DNA from: Octopus bimaculoides
Lineage: Eukaryota
DNA length: 64,000 nt
Direction of reading: 5' to 3'
Assembly (NCBI RefSeq): GCF_001194135.2
Contig: NC_068987.1
Location: 28,535,248-28,599,247 of the forward strand
Shown: piece by piece, positions 53,500-64,000 of the stretch
Layout: each line of letters begins with the position of its first letter
Numbering within the stretch: position 1 is the first letter of the stretch
Translations under genes and position numbers: made by a program
Notes under the pieces: model-generated
The model's input: only the letters and a program-made list of their open reading frames with translations
The model's database searches: none
Told to the model about the DNA's origin: nothing

Positions 53500-54300
53500 C
53501 TACAATGACAACAACAAAATCAACAACAATAACAATGCAGTTTGAGAAATGTATGAAAGTAATTTTCCGATGCTAAAGATCTCAGTGCTGCCTTCCCAAG
53601 AACAGCAAAAGGGATCAATGACAGCAATAAAACAACATCAACACCAGCGAGAACATTGCCATCTCCACTAGCACTGCCAGTAACAACTGAAAACTCACCT
53701 CCAACAACATCATTGACGAGAAAAATATAATCAAGGAAAGCGAACCATCCAAAGCAGCTATTAGCGGTTTCGCCCACTCGAAGCGCAAATAAGTGAAGAA
53801 ATTTTTATAAATACATATGAATTTAAAAGTGCAAAATGTATGTTGGAGATATGTGAGTGAAATGTGGCACTGAATGTTCCTAGATCTGTCCAGCAAGAAA
53901 CTAATTTGCTAATAGGTCTATACATAACAACTGGAACAAATATGAAAAGAATAGAGTAGGAATCACACTAGCAGATAGAAAAAATCCTTTGAACAATTCA
54001 GAAGTACAAAGCTTATATAGCCAGGGTGGAAAATACGGGACTGCCAATGTGAAGTTTGCCTCAGAGAAAGAGGCCTAACATCACTCAACAACTACCCTAA
54101 CAAGTGACGAACTCATCCTCATTTCTACTTACTTTTAACGAAAATAAAATAAGCAACCAGAAATTAACATCTGTTACTTGGTGGCAGGTGTTCTCTTTGA
54201 CGCAGAAGAGAAAACCAGTATTTAGCAGGCAGAGAGAGTACAAAATAGGAACTGGTTAGGACATTTTATGTAATGTCAATACATGCAAGATCAGTCAAGT
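53500..54300 (+). mobile_element. Decayed LINE ORF1-like remnant
   Basis: An S/T/P-rich patch, then YSQGGKYGTANVKFASEKEA*...PEINICYLVAGVL...ERVQNRNWLGH with stops. It resembles octopus LINE ORF1 as I recall it. Confidence 0.4.
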
Positions 54301-54489
54301 ATCGAGTCCATCCAAGACATCATAACTCAACGATACGTCACAAAGCTTCACGTGGCTATTGAGATCGGGGATACAAATCACTTCAAACCTATTTCCCATA
54401 GCAAAGGAAACCAACATGCCTGACAACACTTTCGCCATCATCATGATCCTTATCATCATCACCACCACCAGCATCACAACAACAACAAC

Positions 54490-56200
54490 AACAATAAGAA
54501 CTCCAGAAAAGAACCCTTCTTGATATCCTAGTTGTCCCTAATAACACTAATTTCTGGAGTTGTACTAAACTGGATTTATGCCTAATTCCTTTATTCATCT
54601 GTTCAAATCTTTAGGGATAGTTCCTAATGCCTCTATAAGTACTGAGATACAATTTACCCGGACTTTCCATAGTCTTTCTAACTCAATGGTTAGGTCCTGG
54701 AACTTGGTTATTTTATCTATACCTTTCATATTGATTTTCCCACCATTTGGGACGATAAAGTCAATTACCTGTCACTTTCTGTTCTCTTTCTCTACTACTA
54801 CTACTAAATCAGGCTTACTAGCTTCTATTACTCTGTCAGTCTGATTGTTAAAGTTTCACAACATCGTATATTTCTTACTTTCTAGTACTTTGCGGAGTTC
54901 AGGTTTATACCATTCATCAGTATGTTTAAATCCTAGCTTTCTACGAAGCTCCCAGTGGATTACTCTCCCTAGGTTGCCATTTCTTTTCTGTGCCAGCATG
55001 TTACATTCATTTATTATATGAGTAACAATCTCCTCCAATGATTTGCTTAACCTACATTGGAAATTTACTTCGTTTTTGTCTATCTTCGCTATTATACAAT
55101 TAGTCCTTAATCCTTGACTGCGTGCAGCCACTAAATATAAATCATCCATGGTTATAAATCATCCATGGTTGAGACGATGTCCGTTCTTACTCAACTAATA
55201 GTGCATGTTGACTCTACGTAGGACTACAGGAAGTTGGATCAAGGCTATAACAAATAACAGAGGTGAACAAGGGTCTCCTTGGAAGATATCTCTTTTCATT
55301 GTTGCCTCGGTTAAGTGTTGGTTGTTACAGGAAAAACGCGTTTTCCACCTAGGCATGCTGTTCTTAATCAATGCGCACACGTTCTCAGGTATTCCAGGCA
55401 TGTAGAGTGTTTCCAAAATCCACGAGTGCGACAACTTATCGGAAGCCTTTTTGAAGTCTTTCCAGGCCGTGCATAAGTTTTTATTTTTTGGTACCATTTA
55501 GAGTTTTTCATTATAAACTTGTCTATCACAAAGTGGTTTTTTGGTGCCTTTGGATCTTTTTCGGCATCCCTTTTGTTCTACTGGCAGAAGATTGTTTTCC
55601 GCAAGGAACGTATACATTTTCTCTGCAAGGGTGCCTATTAATACTTTCCTAAGGAGGTTAAGACAAGCAATGGGTCGGCAATTGCCAACCTCATTGCCTT
55701 ATGACCGATCTGTCATTAACAATGTTGTTCTTTCCTCTACATTCTACACCGGAGCTGCACCACTCTGTAAGCATTTGTCCAATTATCTTGTGTATTGACC
55801 TAAACTACTTGAGCCACCAGCCTTGAATTCCGTTTGGCCTTACAGCTTTCCAGTTTGGTAGTTTTGATATCTGTGCAAGGACATCTTCCGTTGTTATGCG
55901 CACATAATACTGTCGTGGAGCCTCTGGATGATGGAGTTCAGTTTTCAAAGAATGTATTCACTCTACTCTGTGGTTCTGCGAAACTTCTTTCCCCCAGATG
56001 TTATTCCAAAATTGGCGGATTTCTTCTGATACAGTAACTGTATTATCGCCTGTGTTTCCTCCTAAGCCCTTCAAAAACTGGCTCTGGTTGTTGGAAAATA
56101 ACTGGTTTTGCTGGAACTAAGATATGCGGTCAGTGTAGCACTGCAACTTTAATGTTTTAGCCCGCAACGTTGTTTTAGGGCTTCGATGACAGTTTTGATC
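54490..56200 (-). mobile_element. R4/Dong-clade non-LTR retrotransposon, 5'-truncated and internally deleted (RT part, CCHC remnant, restriction-like endonuclease)
   Basis: Minus-strand translation in order: EALKQR...FQQNQLF; PNWKA..PNGIQGWWLK; NCRPIACLN...LLPVEQKGCR; NLCTAWKDFKKA.D...HSWI...IFQGDPCSPLLFVIAL; MDDL; AARSQGLRTN...CRL...HIINEC; KPDLVVVV...VIDFIVP; QLQKLVLLGTTRISRRVL. Confidence 0.92.
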
Positions 56201-56487
56201 CGTTTCTTTTCAATTTAGTACCACGCGTCAGGATGGTTGTGCAATACGTGTTTGCGACAATATTTAACATTTATCTCTTATTTAATAAGATGAATATTGG
56301 CGCTTATTCTGCAGTTCTCACTTAAATAACAAAGTAAAAAAAGCAAAACCAAACAACAAATAACTTGCTGCAATGGTTAACAGACAGAAAACAATTTATT
56401 CTTTGGTGGTACACTATGAATCATCAGGTCATAAGAGGCAATAGACTGGATTTGGTACTTTGGATTATTAATATTTAGGAGTAGATA

Positions 56488-56705
56488 AGGCAGCCTGTTA
56501 GCAGAATCTTTAGCACTCCGGGTAAAATGCTTAACGATATTTTATCCGTTTTCACGTTCTGAGTTCTAATTCTGCCGGAGTCAATTTTGTTTTTCAGTCT
56601 TTCCAGGTCGTTAAAATAAGTACCAGTTAAGTACTGGCTTCGATGTAACCAACTTATTCACTCCCACGAAATCCCAGGCCTTGTGCAAAAATTTGAAATC
56701 AAGAT
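56488..56705 (+). mobile_element. SINE family 2
   Basis: ggcagcctgttagcagaatc...gttctgagttctaattctgcc...gttaaaataagtaccagttaagtactgg. Confidence 0.85.
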
Positions 56706-58477
56706 GTAAAGTGGTTACACATTTCCAATATAAATTGTGTTTTGAAGCCATACAATATGGTGAAAAGAAAGCAATGCATAATATTTCCAAAGAACTCAAC
56801 ATGAAATTAAAACTTGATTGTTGGCAAAATCGGTGAGAAAGAAAAAAAATCATAACAAGACTATGATGAATATTACTGAAGAATCAATGGCATAAACGTT
56901 TACCTTTGTGCAACTAGATCGCGAACTGGTGAATCAGAAATTATAGACATAAGATATAATAATAACTGCACAAAATGAAAGTAGATCCTACTATGAGCTG
57001 CAGGGTAAAGACTGAATTTATCCATAATTCAGAATATGTTGTAAGATATGAATAGCAAGTGTATAATATAACTTGTTTCCAGTTGCCCGCACGCACATCC
57101 CCACTCACACACGCGCGTGCTCACACGCACACACACACACACATGCACAGACACTCACGCACACACAGAGAAACTAATGGGAAACAGTGCTGATAATCTG
57201 GTTTTGTCACGTAGAAGAAAAACATGTGACATTTCGAAACTGACTCATACTGAGAAAGAGATAACCATACAAACAGAGAATGAGAAGGAGAGAGAAGGCT
57301 GATGAACAGAGAGAGAGGGGGAGAGTGAGCAACGAGAGAGATAGTAAACGACAGAGAGAGAGAGAGAGAAAGAGAGAGAGACAATCTGCTGGGAGAGGCA
57401 GAAAGAAAGAGATGAATTAAATTAGTTGAAATTCAGTTTTGCTTTCCTCAAACGGAGACCCTGAACTTTAGATTCCTCCTCTCCTTGTGACATGCAAACT
57501 TTCCAAACTCATTCCTTAGAACATACAACTGCTTTCTGTTTTTTATCTACTAATTAGAAAGAAAATAGCAAAGGTAGAAAAATATTGGACAATAAGAACG
57601 GAAGGCAGGTGACATGAACATTAGCTATGTTTTATTGAAAAATTCAGTATAGTTATGGGACAAAGGAATCTTGATGAGAGGAAAATATTTAAAGGAAGAG
57701 ACAGCGAACATGTTTATGCTTATCATCATAGCCATAAAATAACACTTTTGGAAACTAATAAAGAAAGCTGTCACGGCAGTGAATCAACAGTGAAAAAAGA
57801 TTTCGAGTTAACACAAATAAAGAAAATTGTACTTTTACGCAATGAAATGCCTGAGAAGTAAGCAGATAAACTTCTAGATAATTTCATTTTGCACGATGTA
57901 CGCAACTGCACAACTAGCAGCAGAAACGGTGCTGGTGGTGGTAAAGAGGATGATGGTGATGATAAGGAATAAAATGAAGTTGCGTAATGGCACACTACAA
58001 CGCCCATTTATATGCAGGACCTAGTAAATTAAATTAATTCTAATCCCAAACAAGTAAATATTTGATTAAATCTGGACGGATTAAAAGACCATGTTGACCT
58101 TAGTCTTATAACAACATGGCATATCAACTGGCCAAGGAAATGAAGTAGAAACTAAGAAAGAAAAGAATGAAAAACGGACGAGTAAAGCATGAACGTTAAA
58201 CACTGATTCAGGAGAAAATACAGCAATTTTGATTTTAAACATTCCTTATAAAGAAATTTATGGCTGCCAAAAACACTTCGTATATATTTGATAATCTCTC
58301 CCTCCCTCTCTCACTAACTTTTACTCGTTTTGAGTTTCCTCTGTCTCTCTCCCTTCCCCCCTCCTCATGTCACATTCTTCCTCTTTCTCTGTGTTTCGTC
58401 TCCATCTTCCTCGTTACTCTTTCTTGTTCCCTCTCCTTTGCTCCCCCGCCGCACCTTTTTGTCCCTGTCTCTGTTTG

Positions 58478-58519
<42 letters not shown>

Positions 58520-59499
58520 TCTCTCACACACTCTCTCTCTCTCTGTATTGGCGTGTCTCTCTATCTTATCGGACTCTAATACAATCTGAACAGCATCTTC
58601 TTTTCAATATTTTAATTCTAATAAATTAACATACTCAGAGTCTTGAATAAACAGTGCTACAAATGTTCATATTAATCTGTGGGAGTGTGATTGAATGATA
58701 TAAGAGCTTGGACTGGTAAAGATAAATGATAAAATAAAAGCGCGAAGTTCCATTGGACCTGCATATTTTCTAGTTATACATTAGAAGTTCATTGCTCGAA
58801 TCGATCTACTGCGGCAGATATATCGTGTACAACAGGACGCATTGCTAATATTATACATACAAACATTATGGATTACTCACAAAACTACTATTCCACTTAT
58901 AGTTACTGTATACCATATCCAATAATATCTTTACGCCACTTCTTTCTCTTTCTTGTTAGCGGGGCGAAAATTTCAGTTCCTAACAAATTATTTGAATAAA
59001 TTAAATTAGATATTATTATTATCTAACACACGCTAATCAAAATCGACATATTCACGTTTTAGTTACAGGATTCGATCAATTTAATCCGTGTTATGTATTT
59101 TAAAAAGCTGTAATATTATAACTAATTATGGAGGCACTCATTTACGACATTCACAAATGGAAAACAAAAGCGAACAAACAGGTTTATTCGTATATTATAG
59201 TTTCGATTCTCTCCATTACAGTTCTTGGAAATATCTGATATGGCATTTGCAATATTTTACGGTTTTGCTTTTATTTAAATACTATTTTGTAAGGCCCAAC
59301 TTAAACTGCCGAAGATCCTGGAAAAACATTGCAGTCGTTATTGTTAGACATGAGGCTGTAGCCTATAGAAAGTTCCACCTCCACCCCCACTAACACTCTT
59401 TCTTCCACTTCTTCTTCCTCTTCTTCTTCTTTTCATTCTTCTTCTTGAAATTCCCTTCCTCTATAATTTGTTTAAAAATACGCTCTCTTTCATGTAGTC

Positions 59500-61000
59500 T
59501 ATTTGTATAGTTATTTTTGTTAGCAACAGTGAAGTTGATGGCAGGAATTAAGTGTGTATTTTTGTTTTCACGTTGTGCTGATATGTATTTTTATTTTTGG
59601 TGGTGTGCTGATTTAGTTAGTCTTGGTAATGGAAGGTGAGAGATTATTTTCAGAGTACTGTATCTCTTCGTACAATATGATCGCTCTTCTGGTAGGGAAT
59701 CGCTTTTTAACTGCGTATTTTTTCATACACCCACCTGACGACAATCTCTTCTGGTGTGTCTTCTGATTTGATTTTGTCCCACGACGAGTATTTGAAGTCA
59801 GAAAATCTTATTAGAGAAGAAAGTTCATGCAAAAATGAATGTTTCTCTCTGTGTGTCTGTACTCTGGTTGACCGGTGCAGAAATAGTCTCTCAGCGGTGT
59901 CATGTTGGCAATGTTGTATCCCTGGTCTGTAGCGTTGGCTTCATCTGATGCTGCTGTTGAGTTAATTTATATTCTGATTTTTTTTTACCTAATGCTACAC
60001 TACCTGTTGCTGCTGTTATACTGACTTTGTTTATAATACTCAGTTTTTCTTGCTGATGTTCCCCTTGCGGTTCCTCTTATAGTAATGACGTTGGCAGCAA
60101 TTTGTGCGTATGTCTGTGTGGGGTTATGGTAGTGTGTGATTCTTCTTCCCAGATTTTACTGTGGACAGAAACCCCTTATATGCTCTCAACCACCATTAGT
60201 AGTTGAATGCCATTATGCAGGCGCTTCTGCTCAAGGATAGCTTATATACTTTCTCGCTGTGTTTGCGTCAATAGCCCTTTTTCTATAGCGGAAAGTTTTT
60301 CTTTTTGTAGTCTGTGGAAATGTATTATGGTCGTATTCTCATCTATATCTAGGACGTCGACTGTCAATGGGCGGCAACTATCCATATCTGGTGGTATATC
60401 GAGCACATATATTTTTACTCCTTCGGAATTAGCAGATCATTATTTGAAGTTTACTGAATACTAGCTGGTCCCCATATTGGTTGGTAATCTAAATCCAAAC
60501 ATATCGACCCGTTTACCGCATGTAATGCAGGTCTCAATGTATCAGATTGATTTCGGGTACTTTTCAACTCAGGCCTGCGTTACGCGCTAAATATGCCTGA
60601 GCTTCTATCGTAATACAGCATTGTCTTTTTACACGTCTCCCGCTGGATTTACTGCAGTATGTTTAAAGATGCTGCCCTTTCACTGTTATGAAAATATCAT
60701 CCTTCAAATACTGGGACATAAATGTAAAATATCCAATCCCTTATACCAGACACATATTGGAGTAATTGTTAGTAATTGGCTTACTAACCACACTATTGGC
60801 GTTAGTGAGGATGAAAGTGTAAATATTGGTGGCTCTCTTTTTTTTCTGTTGTAGTTGTTACTGTTGTTGCTTATGCCACGGCGTTGTTACTAATGGGTAA
60901 TGGTGGTCTTACTTGTGCCATCGTATTACCTTTTGTTTAGCATTTTCTCATTGATGTGGGTTTTGTTGTTGTTGCTATTGTTATTTTATTTTTGTTCCTG
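59500..61000 (-). mobile_element. Decayed LINE ORF1-like remnant
   Basis: Minus strand gives GVKIYVLDIPPDMD...QLLMVVE..GVSVHSKIW (a decayed V.VEG...C.HC knuckle region), flanked by CAA-rich low-complexity sequence. Confidence 0.35.
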
Positions 61001-61059
61001 TTATGGTTGTTACAATTAACGCTCGTTGTGTAATGGGAAATGTCGTTTTGATAGTCATC

Positions 61060-61935
61060 TTCATCCTCCATATTCATGGTATACAGAACCATTGAATATC
61101 AGGTTTTGAAGATGCATTCTGAATGAAGTCATTATTGTTTTCCTGTCTAATTCGTTTTGAACCCTACATCATATCCATAACGTACTTTTGGGAGTGCTAA
61201 ACTACTGAAGCCGATTACTTAACTTCTTTTTTTTAAATTTATCTCTTTTGAAGTATGAAACTAACGCATCTATGGTTTTCCCCTTTGATATTTTCGTTCA
61301 TTTTGTTGTTGTATATATTTATTGATTCCTAAATAAATTCTGTTGTGTTTAGTAATTAATTTTCCTCTCTTCAGTTATTACTTGGCAGTTATGTTTAATT
61401 TCGGTTTTGTATCATTGACTCTCACAAATCTATACACTCCCTCAAGTTGTGCATCCAGTTGATTAACAACTGCAACGTAAACAGTAGTGCCTGTTTTTCT
61501 GCAGCATTTGCATCAAATTCTAGCCCTATTTAACATGTCAGATAGAGGTGTCAACGCCTGACAGTGAAAGAAGAAAGGGAATATGTCCCTTGGAATATTC
61601 CTTGCGTAATGGCAATTGGTTTAGGGTATATAATCCCCCCTTTATCTGTGCCAGTAAAATTGTTTGCCATTCTCTGTTGATTTGTTTCTCTACTTCTTCT
61701 GTATCTTATATGACTGCTGCTGACTTACTCAGAGCTAGTGAGTTTATAATTTGTGTAAGAGCAGTACCGTTAAAAACCTGGAAGTCATTCAATACCATAG
61801 CAACCCAATCCTTTCTCCTTCAGTCTTTCGTTATGCTTTTGTTGCACTTTATTTTACCCTTACATCTATATGCTCCATTAAAGCATGCCATCAGTTCCAC
61901 AAGATGTATGCTTCTCCAGGATACAAGAAGACACG
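61060..61935 (-). mobile_element. R4/Dong RT fragment, highly decayed
   Basis: Minus strand gives GAYRCKGKIKCNKSITKD*RRK...AMVLNDFQ; EWQTILL; ITQGIFQG/...QALTPLSDMLNRA; LKRGKL; ELDRKTIMTSFRMH...YGG. The motifs are in RT order. Confidence 0.7.
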
Positions 61936-61939
61936 CTAT

Positions 61940-62081
61940 GGTTCTATATTTAAGAGATGGGGAATTATGTACAGTATTTACATTATTTACATTATTTACA
62001 TTCGACGGATATTTGTCCTCATCTTGTTTCTTGTTAACACAATGTGTTGGCTGATATACCCTCCAGTCTTCTTCAGGTGCC
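61940..62081 (-). repeat. Inverted copy of the PLE terminal-repeat 3' end, with a degenerate hammerhead at 62036-62081
   Basis: The reverse complement reads ggcac-CTGAAGA-agactggagggtatatcagcc-AACA-ca-tt-gtgtt...gatgaggacaaatatccgtcgaatgtaaat and matches 63349-63432. Confidence 0.85.
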
Positions 62082-62945
62082 ATACATACAGTTCACAATG
62101 TAAAAGGAAAAAGACAATCAGCTGGCATTCCTGGAAGTATTAATAGCACGCACCAAGTATGGATTCAGGATATCCGTATACCACAAGCCGGCCTTTATTG
62201 GACGATACCTCTACTTCAATTCCCACCATCCATACAGTGTAAAGAGAGGGATTGCATAGTGCCTAAAACATCGTACACAGAATATAAGTAGCGATCGTGA
62301 TACACACCATGAAGAAATGATCAAGCTCAATAACGATCTATTAAGCAACAACTACCCCAAAAGTATACTATCCACGCTAATTATGAAGAAGTGAGATGAG
62401 ATGAGGCCAATAAACTGTCCACAGTCTGTCTGCCTTGTGTGAAAAGATACAAAAGATATGCGGCCCATATGACATCAGGACAGTATTCANNNNNNNNNNC
62501 CTTGTGTGAAAAGATACAAAAGATATGCGGCCCATATGACATCAGGACAGTATTCAAGAGTAATACAACACTTTGCAAATATCTCCTTCGAGTAAAACCA
62601 CCAATAGACGAGAATATGACTAAAGACTGCGTTGACTCCATCCCATGCAGCTGTGGTAGGTTATACAAAGGTGAAACATGTCGCCCCATCGAAATAAGGG
62701 TATTCGAACATCGCAAAGCTGTGACAAGTGGAAATATTGATAAATCGAGTATAGCTGATCATGTTTGGAAAAATGGAGACCACCTCCCCCTGTGGGATGA
62801 TGTTAAAATAATAGACAGAGAACACCACGGGAAAATACGAAGACTAAAAGAAGCAGCACATATGCTAAGACACAACAACCTCATAGCAGACCGAGTGCAA
62901 ATATGAACAGCATATGAGAACCGGTATTAAGGAAGGATAGGAAAA
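62080..62945 (+). pseudogene. Penelope-like element ORF remnant (RT thumb, linker, C-terminal GIY-YIG endonuclease); Penelope/Poseidon-type layout
   Basis: PYIQFTM*KEKDNQLAFLEVLIART..GFRISVYHKP.FIGRYLYFNSHHPYSVKRGI..., then DIRTVFKSNTTL...CVDSIPCSCGRLYKGETCRPIEIRVFEHRKAV...SSIADHVW...KIIDRE...RRLKEA. It contains stops, and I saw no Neptune-type zinc knuckle in the linker. Confidence 0.92.
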
Positions 62946-62989
62946 TATTAGATTTATAAACCCTAAAAATTCACTCCATAATTGCCCAT

Positions 62990-63042
62990 GGGTATATGGC
63001 GTAGTGGTTAAGAGCGCGGGCTACTAACCCCAAGCAGTGACC
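62990..63042 (+). other. tRNA-like head with the T-arm deleted
   Basis: gggtatatggcgtagtggttaagagcgcgggctactaaccccaag-cagtgacc, with A-box tggcgtagtgg. Confidence 0.6.
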
Positions 63043-63219
63043 TGAACAACAACAACAATAATAATAATAACATCGAAAAAATCGATGAAAGACAGATATT
63101 CTCCGTATATAGTACACCTCAAATGCAAAAATCTTCCCTAAATCAGAGGTTGTATTTTCTGATGACAAAATCAATTTATAATCATTAAGTTGGACTACCA
63201 AGTCACCAGAAACACCTGT

Positions 63220-63282
63220 TGGATTGGTTAAGGGCGCGGATTACTAACCCCAAGATTCCTAGTTCGATTCGAAGTAATGGCC
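63220..63282 (+). other. tRNA-like head, second copy, retaining the B-box
   Basis: tggttaagggcgcggattactaaccccaagattcctagttcgattc; B-box gttcgattc at 63262-63270. Confidence 0.6.
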
Positions 63283-63349
63283 TGAACAATAACAATAATA
63301 ATATGAAAAATACCTTAGGAATGAGAACCCAGGTTCGAAATTTCCCCAA

Positions 63350-63395
63350 GACACCTGAAAAAGACTGGAGTGTATATCAGCCGAAACTTTGCGTC
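63350..63395 (+). ncRNA. Hammerhead motif in the PLE terminal repeat, degenerate (G8A)
   Basis: GACAC-CUGAAAA-AGACUG gaguguauau CAGCC-GAAA-CU-UU-GCGUC. It keeps GAAA where the inverted copy lost it, and the inverted copy keeps CUGAAGA. Confidence 0.55.
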
Positions 63396-63895
63396 AACAA
63401 AAAAGATGAGGACAAATATCCATCGAATATAAATAATAGACATGCTATGGGTTTCTGATTTTTAGAATATAGTGTACATTATAAAATGTACACTTACGGA
63501 TTCAGTTGCTTTGACACGTGGTTAGGCCTGTATGTGATCAATCCTGTCACTATGTTATGAAATGTCTATCCACTTCCACTTCCGACTGTATATCATCTCT
63601 CGGTAACTCCCGCTATAAATAAGAGCCCTTGTTGTGATAGAAAAGAACATAGAACTGAAGATGTATCTGTCAGTCCTCTTTGTATTTCTCACATCAAAAT
63701 ATTGAGGCATGTGGGGGGGAGGTCTCTTTGATATAGACATCTCACAGTCAGTCGCGAGCAGTTTTTGCCCTCTCAAAAATAACTATTTCAATCCATATAT
63801 TTGTGGGGATTTTCAGGAGTTTTGTGAAGAGTATTCCAAATACCTTTGAATTTCTTAAAGACAGTAATCCAAGATGCTTCTTTTGTTTATTTCAG

Positions 63896-63948
63896 CATTT
63901 ATTGCAAGTGTGCCACGCTGTCTACAGTCGTTCTGGATGGCACCATAG
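63896..63948 (+). CDS. Candidate 53-nt internal exon of an unidentified gene
   Basis: Strong acceptor cttcttttgtttatttcag and donor ATAG|gtatgt. Two frames are open: HLLQVCHAVYSRSGWHH and IYCKCATLSTVVLDGTI. Confidence 0.4.
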
Positions 63949-64000
63949 GTATGTATAATCGACTATTGTTTTGAATCGACGCAAGAATCATAATTGAAAT

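Noticed and set aside
62432-62556. 57-bp direct duplication inside the PLE ORF
   Set aside because: Identical sequence sits on both sides of a 10-N gap, most likely an unmerged contig overlap.
62990-63282. Functional tRNA genes
   Set aside because: One copy lacks the T-arm, the other lacks the 5' acceptor and A-box, and the stems are mismatched. The SINE heads elsewhere are likewise tRNA-derived, not tRNA genes.
1-64000. CRISPR arrays, rRNA, operons or other prokaryotic systems
   Set aside because: There are no regularly spaced repeat-spacer units, rRNA-like sequence or dense ORFs; the sequence is animal repeat-rich DNA.

Overview
AT-rich eukaryotic DNA from a draft assembly, with 13 N-gaps totalling about 5.2 kb, most flanked by (TA)n or (CA)n. 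The repeat families match those I recall from octopus genomes, so I infer Octopus or a related cephalopod; I cannot confirm this without a search. I recognised no host protein. The window looks like intronic or intergenic DNA with a few isolated candidate exons. It holds about 25 SINE copies from at least three tRNA-headed families and three decayed R4/Dong non-LTR fragments. It also holds a heavily deleted L1/Tx1-like LINE, two more LINE ORF1 remnants, a Tc1/mariner end and a Penelope-like element (PLE) with RT-thumb and GIY-YIG remnants. The most interesting signal is a set of five minimal type-I hammerhead ribozyme motifs from three families. One has an intact core (32111-32166). Two sit in a structured ~350-bp element whose copies show compensatory stem changes (12.7 kb and 33.3 kb). 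Two lie in the PLE terminal repeat, where the downstream copy follows a tRNA-like Pol III module (62-63.4 kb). Most ORFs in the supplied track are microsatellite or N-gap artefacts. All alignments and folds were done by eye, so boundaries are approximate.
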